Shown one piece after another: positions 1 through 14,474 of a DNA stretch of 64,000 bases (its first letter is position 1; each line of letters begins with the position of its first letter). Source of the stretch: Setoptus koraiensis (taxonomy: Eukaryota > Animalia > Arthropoda); assembly GCA_048013815.1 (NCBI GenBank), contig CM106585.1, forward strand, positions 372,001-436,000. The letters run 5' to 3'. Under the pieces are notes generated by a model. That model saw only the letters and a program-made list of their open reading frames with translations. It did not search any database and was not told the origin of the DNA. Made by a program: the position numbers and the translations under genes.

Positions 1-1128
<1,128 letters not shown>

Positions 1129-2392
1129 ATTTCTGGCTTTAATTGAGAGGAATGGATATTATTTGACTTTGTTGATTATTGAGTATGTAATATGAGTATG
1201 TCGCTTACTAGTTCGATAGTAAAGAGGTTTGAAAGGTACTAGTGACGCCATGACAGAATGAGAGAGTCACGTCAAATCTAATCACGTCTAAAGAATAATA
1301 CTAAAGGATACTGAGGAATACTGAAGAATTATGAAATAAACAATTTGATCACACATCTTAAATCAAAGTAAAACACCATGTCAAGATAGAATAACAATAA
1401 AATAGAGTATCTCTGAATACGACACCAACTCAATTGTGAATATCTTCTGCTGATGATTGTGGCTGTATCCGGCCTCGTCATACAGTATTGATTATATAGC
1501 CTGCATTTTTGTATTTTTCTCATTAGCTAACTCTCAGCTCTTATTCGACGGGCAAGCGACAGATGATTTGTCCAGCTTTCGCTTCAAGTTTCCGACAGAC
1601 TTGTCCACCCTTGCATCGCTTGATACATTTGCAGAAATTATGCTGCTCTCTCGACTGAAATCAAACATGACCAACCAATGCAGCCATGGGCGTTGAGCTG
1701 TCAGGTCCATCAAATGACAAGCTTTATGGTAATTAACAAAAAGCTATTATAAACAACGGACGCTCATCAAACGTTCTTGTGTCTGACGCAAGGATGACCC
1801 ACCGAAGAACCAACAAATCGACTACACGTATATGGCCATCGCACAACAAACAACCATTATCGCTGTAAACGTTATAACTCGCTATGCTGTATGAGTACTA
1901 TACGACGGGCAACACCCTTGTCCAATTGGCCATGTGATCGTTGTTTGTTACAGGCATTACAGTGACAAAGGACATGATCACGACGGTGATTACGTAATAT
2001 ATGTTAGGTGATATTACGAAGATACGCATTACGTAACTTGGATGCGTTCGAATGTGGCGCTCGGTGAGAGATGCGCCAATGATTGCGCAGATTGGCTGCG
2101 GGGCAGATGAGCCTTAAATGTGTGGTTGTTATATTATTATTGAATTTGCTCTATTTTTTTCTTTCTTTCCATTTAACTCTCTCCATTTATCCCTGTCTAA
2201 AAACACATATTTACATTTGGTTGTTGTTGATACATTTGATAAACAATCAATTATCCACAATCATATTCGGACACCAATATAGCCTGGAAAATAACATTTA
2301 TTTCTTTCCGTCACAAATCAATTATTATCACAACAGCAACAACAACAAAACATTCATCACAACAAACAAAATAATTCATCATTTATTCAATC

Positions 2393-3403
2393 ATGCCACT
2401 ATTTGGTAAATCTACCAAGACACCATTTGAGCTGATCAGGTCACTTCAAGAATCATTGCAAATCACAGAAAAGGGCGATAGCAAAAAGGCAGACAAGGCC
2501 CTGGAGGATGTCTCAAAAAGTCTCGTAGCCATTAAGGTTATGTTATATGGTACAAATGACCAAGAGCCACAAACAGATATAGCGGTAGCCCAATTGGCTT
2601 TGGAGATCTACAAATCAGATCTATTATTGTCGCTCATTAGTAGCTTATCAAAAATTGAATTTGAGGCCAAGAAAGATGTTGCGCAAATATTTAACAATAT
2701 ATTAAGGCGCCAAATTGGCACAAGATCGCCAACTGTTGAATATATATGCACAAAACCAGATATATTATTCATGTTAATCAGGGGCTATGAAAAACATGAG
2801 ATTGCTTTAAATTGCGGCTCAATGTTACGCGAATGTGCCCGCTACGACGCTTTAGCCAAAATTATCCTCATGTCAACCGAATTCTATTTATTCTTTCGTT
2901 ATGTTGAAGTGTCAACATTTGATATAGCATCGGATGCATTCTCTACATTTAAGGAATTATTAACACGTCACAAACAAATATCAGCTGATTTTTTGGAGGC
3001 TAATTATGATAACTTTTTTACAGATTATCAAAAATTACTTAATTCAGATAACTATGTCACTAAACGTCAATCATTGAAGCTTCTAGGTGAATTATTATTA
3101 GATCGAAACAATTTTACAATTATGACACGTTATATCAGCTGCCCAGAGAATTTAAAATTGATGATGACTATGCTGAAAGATAAAAGCAGGAACATCCAAT
3201 TTGAAGCATTTCACGTATTTAAAGTATTTGTAGCTAATCCAAACAAGCCTAAGCCAATATTAGACATTTTATTACGCAATAAGGATAAATTAATAGATTT
3301 TCTAACCAAGTTTCAGACTGATCGTTATGAGGATGAACAATTCAATGACGAAAAGACCTTTCTCATCAATCAAATACGTGATCTTAAGTCTGTGGACGAT
3401 TAG
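2393..3403 (+). CDS. CAB39: MO25 / calcium-binding protein 39 (LKB1-STRAD scaffold), intronless
   Basis: MPLFGKS..P N-terminus, [78 protein letters not shown]. Complete single 336-aa ORF. Confidence 0.97.
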   Translation: MPLFGKSTKTPFELIRSLQESLQITEKGDSKKADKALEDVSKSLVAIKVMLYGTNDQEPQTDIAVAQLALEIYKSDLLLSLISSLSKIEFEAKKDVAQIFNNILRRQIGTRSPTVEYICTKPDILFMLIRGYEKHEIALNCGSMLRECARYDALAKIILMSTEFYLFFRYVEVSTFDIASDAFSTFKELLTRHKQISADFLEANYDNFFTDYQKLLNSDNYVTKRQSLKLLGELLLDRNNFTIMTRYISCPENLKLMMTMLKDKSRNIQFEAFHVFKVFVANPNKPKPILDILLRNKDKLIDFLTKFQTDRYEDEQFNDEKTFLINQIRDLKSVDD

Positions 3404-3539
3404 TAACAATAATGTGTATATAAATATATCTACATATATATTGATTATTATTGAATTGATTTGTCTATATATAGTATATATCTATAAAATATATATATAT
3501 ATATTTTGTAAGATTATTATAACACCCACCCAACAACGG

Positions 3540-4058
3540 CTAGACTTTGTCTCCTTTTTCTTCTTGTTCTCTTAGTTTTTCAATGAAATACTTGAAATTT
3601 GTTGTCGGCTTGTCTTCTTCAGGATGATTTATTAGTTCGTCAAACTCTTCGCCAACACACCACAATTGTTCAATATCGTACTTCTGTCTTACTCGCGGCA
3701 GAAATAAATGTATAATTATTGAATCGAAATCTATCACATTCCAGCCGGGTGACTCACTGATCCTGGCGTAAGCGGCCTTTTCATCTCTGACATTATTTTT
3801 ATAGTATTTATTTAGCAGTTCTGTAGAAGAGTTCAAGTGGCGCTGATTAAATGAGTTGGCCAGCACTATCATTTTCGGATCATCTTTAAATGGCGTCCTG
3901 ATGACCGCAATTTCTGATAGTTTTCGTTCTTTTAATTGCTGTACAAGTGTCTCTATGTCCATGTTACATTTCGCCGAATGCTGTTTCCACCGGTGTTGGT
4001 TTATTAGACTAGATTGTGCTCTGAGAAAATATTTTAGAAGCCTGCCATTGTTCAACAT
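3540..4058 (-). CDS. MALSU1: Mitochondrial RsfS/Iojap-family protein (MALSU1-like)
   Basis: Basic, acid-free N-terminus resembling a mitochondrial presequence. RsfS signature GWNVIDFDSIIIHLFLPRVRQKYDIEQLW. Confidence 0.85.
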   Translation of the reverse strand: MLNNGRLLKYFLRAQSSLINQHRWKQHSAKCNMDIETLVQQLKERKLSEIAVIRTPFKDDPKMIVLANSFNQRHLNSSTELLNKYYKNNVRDEKAAYARISESPGWNVIDFDSIIIHLFLPRVRQKYDIEQLWCVGEEFDELINHPEEDKPTTNFKYFIEKLREQEEKGDKV

Positions 4059-6804
4059 GCTTGCTGATGTTGTATCTAAACAATTATATAAACAATATAG
4101 TGTAAGAGTTTAAGTGAAAATCTCTGATAAGGACTCACACTATTTGTGAGATACATGTGGAGTCTAGTGGCATGAGCTTTTGTTTATAAATTGTGAGCTA
4201 AACTGCCAAAGCAGATACACCGGGCCGCTCTGTCTGCCAAAATAATCTGCTTGTGTGGCTGTGCGTCATAATTGATTGAACGTAGCCTGGGTTTGTCTGT
4301 CGTGCGCGACAAATGGGAGGCCCATGAGGGTAGGCTTCGTCAGGGGCCCAAGATTTCAATTTAAACAAAATTCGATATGGAATTTGTTCTCGCCATTCCT
4401 CCTTAACATATTGTATTGTATCACGAGTATGGGAGAGGGAGAGGGAGAGAGAGAGAGAGAGAGAAAAAAAGAGGTGCTGCCAAAGAAAAGGGACAGTCGT
4501 AGAGACGAGTCAAGTTTTTGACTGATAATAATTGTGTCAGGCAACAAACAATCAGACTGCACCAACATAACCTAACCTTAACTAAATTGGTCTGACTCAC
4601 CAAACACACTAATGATAGCCACCTAGACGTAGAGATACATGTGTATATATAGATATAACTGTGGCTATTGCGTCATATATACATGTATTAAGCGTCGTTA
4701 TAAATTTGCGCCTTGTCTAGCGCAAGTCTAGTTGGTATTTTATCACAACAAGTATAACGGTTGTGAAGTGAAAGTTGCTGCTGCTGTTGTTGTTGTTGTT
4801 TTGGAATCTCTCTATCGAGCAGCAAATTAGAAACTGGCAACTGACGAGTGACAAATTATGTAAGAGAGTTGCTGCAACTCGTTAAAAAATAATTGCCAAC
4901 TAGCAGCAACGGAGCAAGTAACGGTAAAACTGTAGGCAGCAAACAACAACAATTTAATTCGGGGGACACACACTCGCACAAACACAAGTTTTGAAATAAA
5001 ATAACTTGAAAACTTTCTCTTCCTTTTCAAAGCTTTTTTGCTCGTTGTTGTTGTCTGTCACACGTGTTACACCAAATAATCATCGTCGTCCGTCCGAAGG
5101 AACCAGCACCACAACAGCACCAACAGCAGCAGCACCACCACCAACAGCAGCACCACCAACAGCATCACCACCAACAACAGCAACACTAGCACGTTAACAA
5201 GTATAGAAACAAAGTTTTCAGTTTATGTTGCCAGTCGATACAGTTGTCGCCATATGTCATTATTGGTGGTGTTGTCAAATGATTGATCTCTCTCTTTCTA
5301 TCTGCCGATTGATTGGTTCCTGTTTTGGCCATTGTGTCCAATAGTGATATTACTATTGGTGTCGTGTAGACCCCCCCCCCTCCCCTCTCTCCCGACAGAC
5401 CAAACCGATAGAGAGCAACCAATTGACCAAACTGGCAGTAGCGATGCTTTTTTGGTTCGCTTCCACTGCAGTTTGCCAAGCTGAGCAAGCGAGACAATAA
5501 TAATACTACTACCATAATGGTGACATCAATTAAAATTAATTCTCTTACTCGCTACCTCTGGTTGTGTGACGATATTTACCGAACACTTACATTGACTTGC
5601 ACAAAAGTAACGTCGTCATCATTATAATCTCAACAATTACGACGACTAACTATCGCTGCGTCGTCTGTTTGGGCGCCTCCCCCCCCCTCGTCGCCGTATG
5701 TGGCTGCCCCTCGTGAGGTGCCCATCACTCACACTGCCAACGAACGATATCCACAAAAAAAGTGGCACTATTAGCATTATTGGCGTTGTCACTGGTTGTT
5801 TGTAAGTCTGTGTGTGTGTGTGTGTGTGATTTGTCTAATTAGAATTCATCAGAATCTTGATTGATATCCGTCAGATCATTTGATGATGCTTCCATTGTAA
5901 CGTTGCGTGTGATGGCACCAGTTCATTACCATAATCATAACCTCTAACATGACGATTGTTTCCCGACTGCATGGTTCAGATATCAGACAGTCGAACAGTC
6001 GGCGGATGATCGGATGGTCGGATAGCGATGCCATCATCATGATCAACGCGATGGTATTGAACTATTCCGGCGGTGTCGTTGTTCAACCTCTGAACAACTG
6101 TGTGAGACTGAATGGGACATACTATGACCATACCACAACAGTGCTTGCTCCGTGGCTAGTGGTGACTAGTGGCGAGCAGCAACGAGAAATAGTGGTAGTA
6201 TAGCCTGCAATGACGAATATTGAATAGTTGTTGTCAATGACCCTTGTCGATTATTTCCTCAATATCTGGCTGCGTTAATTAATATTATTATTGGTATCGC
6301 ATATAACAAAAAGCCAGCCTATCTATTGAGCGATGGATTTTATGAGAGCGGTTATACCGCATGAGACACATTCACAAAGTCGCTTGTAGTTTATAGTTGC
6401 ACAGTGAGTGGCTGTTGTTTTAGTACCTAAAATCAAAGACAATGGCCACTGAAATAATCATCACCACCGATTTTTTACTCACATCGCAATAAGTCACGCA
6501 CCATAACATTCTCTGACGAGTCCACTGATCAATGCCCTCTCTCGCTCGCTCGCTCTCTCGCCTTATCTCTCTTGCCAAGTGAACAAAAAGATATTTATTT
6601 ATATATTTAATTTTTGTGTCCAAGTGCGACTGTAGCCAAGTGAGACATCAGATCAATTAGAAAAAACTATTGATTTATGAGATAATTAACTACAAGTTGA
6701 CTCATTATCCGCTCACTTAATTTTCACAACAACAACGAGCCGCGAGCCGGCGTATAGCCGATAGTGCAAGAGTGCAATGGCGCGATAGTGAGCGAGCTTG
6801 AGTC

Positions 6805-6812
6805 TATAAATA
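6805..6812 (+). promoter_or_regulatory. Candidate TATA box upstream of sim
   Basis: TATAAATA about 680 bp upstream of the sim ATG. An arthropod Inr-like TCAGT lies at 6901, too far away to pair with this TATA. Motif match only. Confidence 0.25.
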
Positions 6813-7481
6813 CATACAACCGCTCTCCCTCTTGAATAGATTTATTTGAGAAAACGATGATTCGGTTTGCAGAGAGACAAGGCAGCTTCTTTTTTCGCCC
6901 TCAGTCTTCGCTGAGCGCATGCGCGTGCAAAGAAAATGCTCACTTCACCATCTAACGATTAACTCTTTGCAAGTTGTTGGTTGTTGTTGCTTCGAGCGAC
7001 AACAACAACGACAACAATTGTCGAATCAATTGCAAAACGACTACAAACACAGACACTTGTACTGTAACACACCGAAAACAAAAAACAAAAAACAAACAAA
7101 CAAACAAACGAATAACGATGCTCCAACAAATGTTAATGTTGCGCGCTATTCACTTCCTGTATTTTTGTTGTTGTTGCTGCTGCTGCTAGATTTTTCTCGC
7201 TGTGTGTGACTGGTGCCCAACGCCACATGCAGTGTCATAGTTCACCTCGGCATCTATGATCAACAACAACAACAACAGCCACACAAACCTGTTACCTGGC
7301 TTCACGCAAACAGCACCTATATAGTGTGTGTGTGTGTCTGTCGGAGACACATATAGATACGAGCGCCATATAGGTCACAAAGTCATCTTAATCATCACAA
7401 TCTCATATCGCGTTAACATTGAGTTAACAATCAACAAGACAGCAAATTATCAAGCAACTACAACAAAGATCAGCAGAAAGG

Positions 7482-10400
7482 ATGAAAGAAAAGTCAAGGA
7501 ATGCAGCGAAGAGTAGACGCGAAAAAGAGAAGGCCGAATTCAGTGAATTGGCTAAATTGTTGCCATTACCCGTGGCCACAACTAGCCAATTGGACAAAGC
7601 ATCTATAATAAGATTGACCTCAAGTTACCTCAAAATGCGCGCCACTTTCCCATATGGTAAGTTGGCCATCAAAGTTGACAGTGCAAACATATCACTGAAT
7701 ACGATCATCGATGTATTATAATCACTGTCTGCCAACTAACGCTCATCAGCCATTATCACTAGCCGACACACAAATAAATTTATTACAATTTACTATAACG
7801 AGTAACCTTCACTTCCGTCTCAACACACATCGCATCACTTCAGGTCTTGGCGGATTCTGGGGCGCGAACACACCGTTGGCGTGTGACGCCGCCGGCCAGG
7901 CATCGTTCGAGCATGCTACCCAGATAAAAGAGTTGGGCTCGCTGCTGCTTCAGGTGAGTATTTCACGTACCAGGCGACAAGCTGCAAAGTTTACGAGTTG
8001 AGAAGTTGAATAATTGAAACACATTACAACTTTTGAAATGCTGCCCATCGCCACTCTGAAGACTCTGGACGGATTTGTGTTTGCCCTGCATCAAGACGGC
8101 AAGATCATGTACATATCAGAGACTGCCTCTGTACATTTGGGACTCTCTCAGGTAAATCAGCGCGCACGATAATACAAGATAATTGACTCCTTTCAAATCT
8201 ATCAGCAATCGCAACAAAAGGCACAACATCTAACTTTATCTAACCATAAATGACTTATATGCTTGGTCGCCGGTCACCCCAGGTCGACTTGACAGGCAGC
8301 AGCATCTTTGAATACGTTCATCCTTTAGATCACGAAGACCTGAGAGAGGTGCTGTCTATACGCGAACAAGATGATCACCAAATAGAGCCATCTGTTTGTG
8401 CCTCTGGGCGTCACTATAATGAGCAGCGTGACATTGATGATTTAATTAATTATGATTATGATAATCGCGCAACACAAACAAACAATGGCACAGCCAGCAA
8501 TATTTACATCGACACTTATGATTCTACCCAAACGCACACTGAAATTGCTAGATCATTTTGCATAAGAATGAAATGTATACTACCAAAAAGGAACGCTGGA
8601 CTTGTCTGTTCGGGATACAAGGTAAGCGAACAGTTTTTAGCCCATATCTATAGCTGATAACTGTATGCCTCTATGACATATGTAATGCATCACCTAACAT
8701 TATATGACAGGTGATACGAAATGAATGAGAATCGGCTTTGTCTGTCATTTAATTCATCATCAGTAATGAGCGGTATGAGTTATGATATCAGTGATAATTA
8801 ATAATATCACGCAATAATAATTATTTTGTTGTTCATTATCATATTTAGGCCATTCATTGTAGTGGTTACCTGAAAGTCAGATCGATTAACAAATCAGACT
8901 GCTATTCAGAATCAACTTCAGCAGAGGCGCTCAAATTGAATAATGTTCACGGCTTGGCTATTCAACATGCTAATAATAATAACAAACATGACAATGATAG
9001 TGATAGCAATTATCTCAGCGACAATTGGCAAGGTTGCGGATTGGTTGCAGTGGGCCACTCTCTACTCACAAGTGCGTCCACAGAAATCAAATTGTCCAAA
9101 AAATCATTCATGTTTAGGGCGGATCTTGATCTCAAACTGACATTTGTCGAACCAATGTAAGTTTTTCCATCTCACTTAACTTGACATTTCGTCTCACTGG
9201 CTCATCATTGAGATTATTCACAAAACAACACTGTTGATTTAACTAACCGATCTCTGTAATAAAACAATGTATACACACACAAGAATCACTCACTTACTGG
9301 GATATGAGCCAGTTTACCTGTTGGGTCAAACGCTTTACCAGTATATCTATGGTGATGATATAGTGCACTTAAAAGAGACGCACCAGACTATTTTGAAGAA
9401 AGGACAAGGCACTACAAGATATTATAGAATATTAACAAATCGAGGTGGCTATGTTTGGGTTCAGTCGTATGCGACTTTGGTCAACAATCCCAGATCATCG
9501 CAAAGGCCTCAATATATTGTTTCTATGACTATCATTTTGACAGAGACCATACGTCAGGATACAATATTTCATGACGACTCCATGGAACTAGACACCGCTG
9601 CCAGGCAACGGCATCAAACAACCAAACCGGTAACATTAATTCCGAATCGCAATATAAATCTGGAAGAAAGTGGCAAATGTGCCAATGAACAACAACAACC
9701 ACAACCACAACAACAGAGTGGTTGCAAAAGTGTGAGCATGACAACAAAATCAAACAAAACTAAACAACAATATGGCAGCAATCACCATTTGTATGAAATC
9801 AACAACAACAGCAGTGATGTGAGTGAAAAAAAATCAAAAGATATTTATAAGCGTAACAGAATGAGAGAAACAGTCAACAATAGGAAAGCTTTGAATATAA
9901 TTAGACAGGATGTTGAGCAGGCCATACTGACAAGATCAAGAAGAATCTCAGATGACTTATCTTCAACTGTATCAACAGCAACTACCTCACAATCAATTGT
10001 CAGTCATGATAATGAGGTGATGTCATCTACTGATGACCAATCAGCATCATTTGATCAAATTACTAAATACACTGCTGAACTATTGCACAAAACTTTTGAA
10101 AATGATCAACATGGTAACACAAATGATCCAATAATTGAGCAATCTCATCATAACGGCAACATAAATCAATTTATTCATGAAGAAGAATTGCAATCTCCTA
10201 ATTATTGTTTCGAACAAACAAATTGTGTTGGTAGTACACACAACAACATTGATGGTAATGTTAATAAAAATAGCGACTCATTTAATGTAAATGATACCAA
10301 CTACCATCTCTTGCAAACTTCTAAGGGCTTTTCTCAATCAACAGCAACGATCGCAATCATGCAACCGCAACAACATCGTCAGCGTGAATTCATTACACCA

Positions 10401-11330
10401 AATGACAATAATCATTTATCATCATCATTTAATCAAACCCATGACGCCAATAATGTACCAGATAACCAGAAAGACTGCCCATATTCATACGAACAACAAG
10501 ATATCGTTCTGGAGCCATTGGTAGTCAACGATGCTCAGTCAAATCAGTGCCCATTTATTGATAATAACTTAATGATTAATAATAAACAACTGGACAATAT
10601 TAACTTGGAAAGATTTCAATATTCTGACTATTATTGTAACAGTGAACTCTATGAGGCGCCAATGGACCGCGTCCAAGATCAACATGTGCCAATCGACGGA
10701 ATTCAAAAAGTCGATAAGACTACTACATATTTCTCTAAACAACAAGATCATCATGTAGAATCGGATCATTATCCTCATATATACAATCAAGTAATTACCT
10801 CAGATCACACATTGCAGCATCACTATCATAATCATGGTAGCGACAATACATTTGAAACTGACGACGCTCATGAATTAATTAAGAATTGCGCAAATATAAT
10901 AGAGGATGTTCACATGACTGATGGACAAAGTAAAGCACAAGCAACAACAAATACACTTGATTTCAGGAAGTACCCATCGTCTAATCAAAGTGAGGTGACA
11001 AATTATAATAATTGTTATAATTATAACAATCCTTATCATGAACACCAAGTTCATCATCACCATCACGTCAAGTTCAATCAAGCTAACAACAATGTTGACA
11101 AGGAATGGCCCAATCAATATCATCAGTTGTATGATATGACAACTTACAATAGTCAACAGCATGGAGGCATCAATAGTGGTGCTAATAATAACTTGGCAAA
11201 CCACCATAATAGTTTACATGATGATCCTAGCCGTCATAATTGTTTGATTGAGAATATATCATCATCGGATATTAACAGTTTCAATTCATTAAGTTCCTCT
11301 AGCTCCTCGCCAGGCTCTTTAGTCAATTAA
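7482..11330 (+). CDS. sim: Single-minded bHLH-PAS transcription factor; exons 7482-7656, 7844-7953, 8062-8151, 8283-8621, 8849-9156, 9284-11330
   Basis: [16 protein letters not shown]...LAKLLPLP...[12 protein letters not shown] bHLH, TLDGFVF...[86 protein letters not shown]. All five introns are GT-AG and keep the frame. Confidence 0.93.
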
Positions 11331-11600
11331 TTGGAGTAAAGAGAAGAATATAGATAGCCAATAGTTTTTTTTTGCACAATAATAAACTGGATAAGATCGC
11401 TCATTTAAAATTATCACGGGACGTATCGAATTCCTTCGTGATGTATTGATTACGGTATCATTTGTTGAGTTGTCTTTCACATCCATAGTTTGTTTTGTGT
11501 GTGTTAACATTCCAAAGAGTTTATTGGAATGCATTCTATTCTAGTTGGCGACATTTTCGAACAAGCATAACGAATCTATGATTGTGTTCTCGACTTGGAA

Positions 11601-12662
11601 ATGGAGAAGATTTTAACATTTTAACACAGAAGAGTTTATAGAGAGGATGATGAAGTTGAACTACCAGCAACACCTAAATTGGATGACAACATAAAAGCAT
11701 ATAATAATCAAATTAGAACAGCAAACAAACCAAACAACCCTTTTCAATATCAATGGGCCCGCTTATCCAATCTAATATTCAATAAGGCCAATGATGACCA
11801 TGAGGTCGTTGATGATCAAGATGATAAAATAGACATACTCCCTCCATCATTGTATAATTTCCTAAGCAGAGTGCCCAAGATGATCACAGATTATGTGTCG
11901 ACGGATTATACAAAAGTTGACCGTTACACAGATTGGCGGACATCGGGATGTTTAAGTATGCCCAGAAGGCAATATCAATGCGGTAGCTGTTACGCATTCG
12001 CTACTATTGCCTATCTAGAATGGGCTCAGTGTAAAGACACACGTGTATTGATGTCATTTAGCGAATAATTCATGGTTGATTGTGGTGTCCACAGCAAACT
12101 AAAGCAATGTGACGGTGGCTACCTAGAGGATCTAGGTGATTTTGTGTCGAATTATGGTGTGAAATTACGAGAGAACTATCCCTATACGGCTGAGGCTGGC
12201 ACATGTCCCTTTAAAAAGGGAGATAAATTGTTTGAGATAGGATATGCAAAGCCAACCATGAAAAAGTGGAATTTAGTTGACAGAAGCAAATGGCACACAG
12301 TATTGAACGATGTTGGACCAATGATAGCCGGTGTGTTAGTGCCATCAGATTTCCAGAATTATGGTGGTCAAATTCACACTGGCCACAATTGCGACCCTAA
12401 CAGAGGTCATGCCATGCTTTTGGTGGGTCACGGTATAGAGGATGGGACGCCATATTGGATATTCAAGAATTCGCACGGCTTCCATTGGGGCGAATACGGT
12501 TATTTCAAATTGAGTAAACTTGCAAAGAATAATTGTTTTATTGGTGCCTTGTTATCGGAGGTGACATTCAGCGACCATCCTGTTGTGAGACGAAAGAAGG
12601 CATTGAAAACTGCCGTCGATAGGTATAAGTTGTTCAAAGATAATATCAAGAGCAATCAATAA
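11601..12662 (+). pseudogene. Papain-family (C1A) cathepsin-like protease interrupted by an in-frame TAA at 12066-12068; probable pseudogene
   Basis: DWRTSG...QYQCGSCYAFA (catalytic Cys), FSE*FMVDC (usually SEQxLVDC), CDGGY, GHAMLLVGHG (His), YWIFKNSHG (Asn). Both ORF halves are in the same frame. A further in-frame TAA at 11622 and no clear signal peptide. Confidence 0.8.
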
Positions 12663-12825
12663 GGTTTCTCCCGAAGAACTTTTGAAATGATCAATAAAAA
12701 ATACATGTTTGAATGATGATTAGTGACCATTGCCTTTGTTAGATTTCCCAATTCAGACCTAGTTCATTATTCATGCAGGGGACCACATGGACGGACAGCT
12801 CGGGCTCAACAGACTCCAATTCTAG

Positions 12826-12944
12826 GTTGAACTACCAGCAACACCTAAATTGGATGACAACATAAATGCATATGATAATCAAATTTGAGCAGCAAACAAA
12901 CCAAACAACCCTTTTCAATATCAATGGGCCCGCTTGTCCAATCT
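12826..12944 (+). pseudogene. 119-bp direct duplicate of the cathepsin pro-region (copy of 11655-11773)
   Basis: GTTGAACTACCAGC...CCAATCT is present twice with 5 substitutions. This copy has AGA changed to TGA. Confidence 0.9.
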
Positions 12945-13220
12945 CAAAACTTTTCAAATACTGCGCTCGCTGAGGATTCCCAAATTAGTCGCATTTGAAC
13001 GACAGTGACTCACAAGTTGTCAGCCGGGCTGACCAGCTGTTCTGAGGCAACGACAGCGCAAGCAACAACAACATCAACAACAATAAATAAATAAAATCTT
13101 CCGATTATTATTATTATTTTATGATTATTTTCAACACTATTGTTGTTATTTAATGAATACATCTATTGTTGTCCATACCATAACTATCATCATTATTGGG
13201 AGGAGAAGCCAAAGTGAAAA

Positions 13221-14474
13221 ATGGTAGACTATAGCAAACTAAAGACTAATCTCAATCTCATTTTGCATAGATTGAAATTAGTGGAGAAGAAAAAGATCGA
13301 GCTGAATCACAAGGCGAGAAAGCAAATCGGAGACTTTTTGAACACTGGAAAAGTGGATCGAGCCCGCATTAGAGTTGAGCAAATCATTAGGGAGGACTAT
13401 CAAATAGAGGCCATGGATATTATTGAGAGCTATTGCGATCTGATTTTGTCGCGCTTCGGTCAACTTCAGAGCTCTAATGTTATCGACGACGGACTGAAAA
13501 CAGCAATATCTAGCATCATTTGGGTTACTCCCAGACTGGAAAGTGACCTGTCAGAATTGAAAGTTATTTCTGATCAATTGGGACAAAAGTATGGAAAACC
13601 CTACATCGCGGCCTGTCGGGATAATCAATTGAGCACAGTGAATGAAGTACTAATCAAAAAGATGAGCGTTCAAGCTCCCCCCAAGCTCTTGGTTGAAAAA
13701 TATTTGATTGAGATTGCCAAAGACCAAAAAATTGACTATAAGCCAGACAAGAATGTACTCAAAGAGCACGAGGCTCAAAATTCTTCTTTTGTTAGGACCA
13801 GTGACGACGATGATCATGATGCCCACGATGGTAGACCACCACCAGGCGGTGGATTCAATCTGATCGATTTGGGCGACCATTATCCGGCCGCGCCAATCAC
13901 TCAACCGTTTTCGCCCTATGGTCAGCCACCTCCATTACCCAGTGATCCACCACAAACAGGCGACGGGACACCTAAAGCGGGTCCGTCTGCCCCAACCGCC
14001 AATTTACCAATAGGTTTCAATCTGGACAGTTCTATTGTTGGTGGCGCTAGTTCTAGGCCACCACCCACTATGATAAATAAACCCGGCAGCAGTACACCTA
14101 GCTCCCCCTCATCACGTGCCAGAGGATCAAATCCAAATGCTGGCTCTAGTTCGTTATCGGGTGGTACCAGTGGCGCTGGTCACGAGGCACCACCTCCCCA
14201 TTACGACAGCGTCGTACCTGGTAATGCAAACACTTCGAAGATTATACCTAGAGGTGGGCCCACCGGTGGCTCAGGTTTCAATTCACGCAATATAAGTCGG
14301 ACGAACATGTCATCACAAAATCCCAATAATTTTGACGATACTCTACCGGAATTACCGCCCGTACCATCGGCCACTCCCGACTTAAGTAATCTTTCATTTG
14401 GCAAAGACAAGGATGATGGCATGGATTTTGAAGATTTGACCCGTCGTTTTGAGGAATTGAAAAATAAGAAATAA
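13221..14474 (+). CDS. IST1: IST1 homolog (ESCRT-III), intronless
   Basis: RLKLVEKKK...ARIRVEQIIRED...IELYC-like core, LKVISDQLGQKYGK, Pro-rich linker, C-terminal MIM DFEDLTRRFEELKNKK. Confidence 0.95.
   Translation: MVDYSKLKTNLNLILHRLKLVEKKKIELNHKARKQIGDFLNTGKVDRARIRVEQIIREDYQIEAMDIIESYCDLILSRFGQLQSSNVIDDGLKTAISSIIWVTPRLESDLSELKVISDQLGQKYGKPYIAACRDNQLSTVNEVLIKKMSVQAPPKLLVEKYLIEIAKDQKIDYKPDKNVLKEHEAQNSSFVRTSDDDDHDAHDGRPPPGGGFNLIDLGDHYPAAPITQPFSPYGQPPPLPSDPPQTGDGTPKAGPSAPTANLPIGFNLDSSIVGGASSRPPPTMINKPGSSTPSSPSSRARGSNPNAGSSSLSGGTSGAGHEAPPPHYDSVVPGNANTSKIIPRGGPTGGSGFNSRNISRTNMSSQNPNNFDDTLPELPPVPSATPDLSNLSFGKDKDDGMDFEDLTRRFEELKNKK

Noticed and set aside
1457-1715. Short ORFs between malic enzyme and CAB39
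   Set aside because: No recognisable motif or splice structure.
7964-7970. GTACGTG (minus strand) in sim intron 2 as a Sim:Tango autoregulatory midline element
   Set aside because: A single 7-mer is roughly expected by chance over the locus; there is no cluster or conservation evidence.
12066-12068. TAA read as Gln (ciliate-type alternative genetic code)
   Set aside because: Other long genes have no in-frame TAA, and several (malic enzyme, sim, IST1, Gemin7, AMACR) end in TAA. A single C-to-T change explains it.
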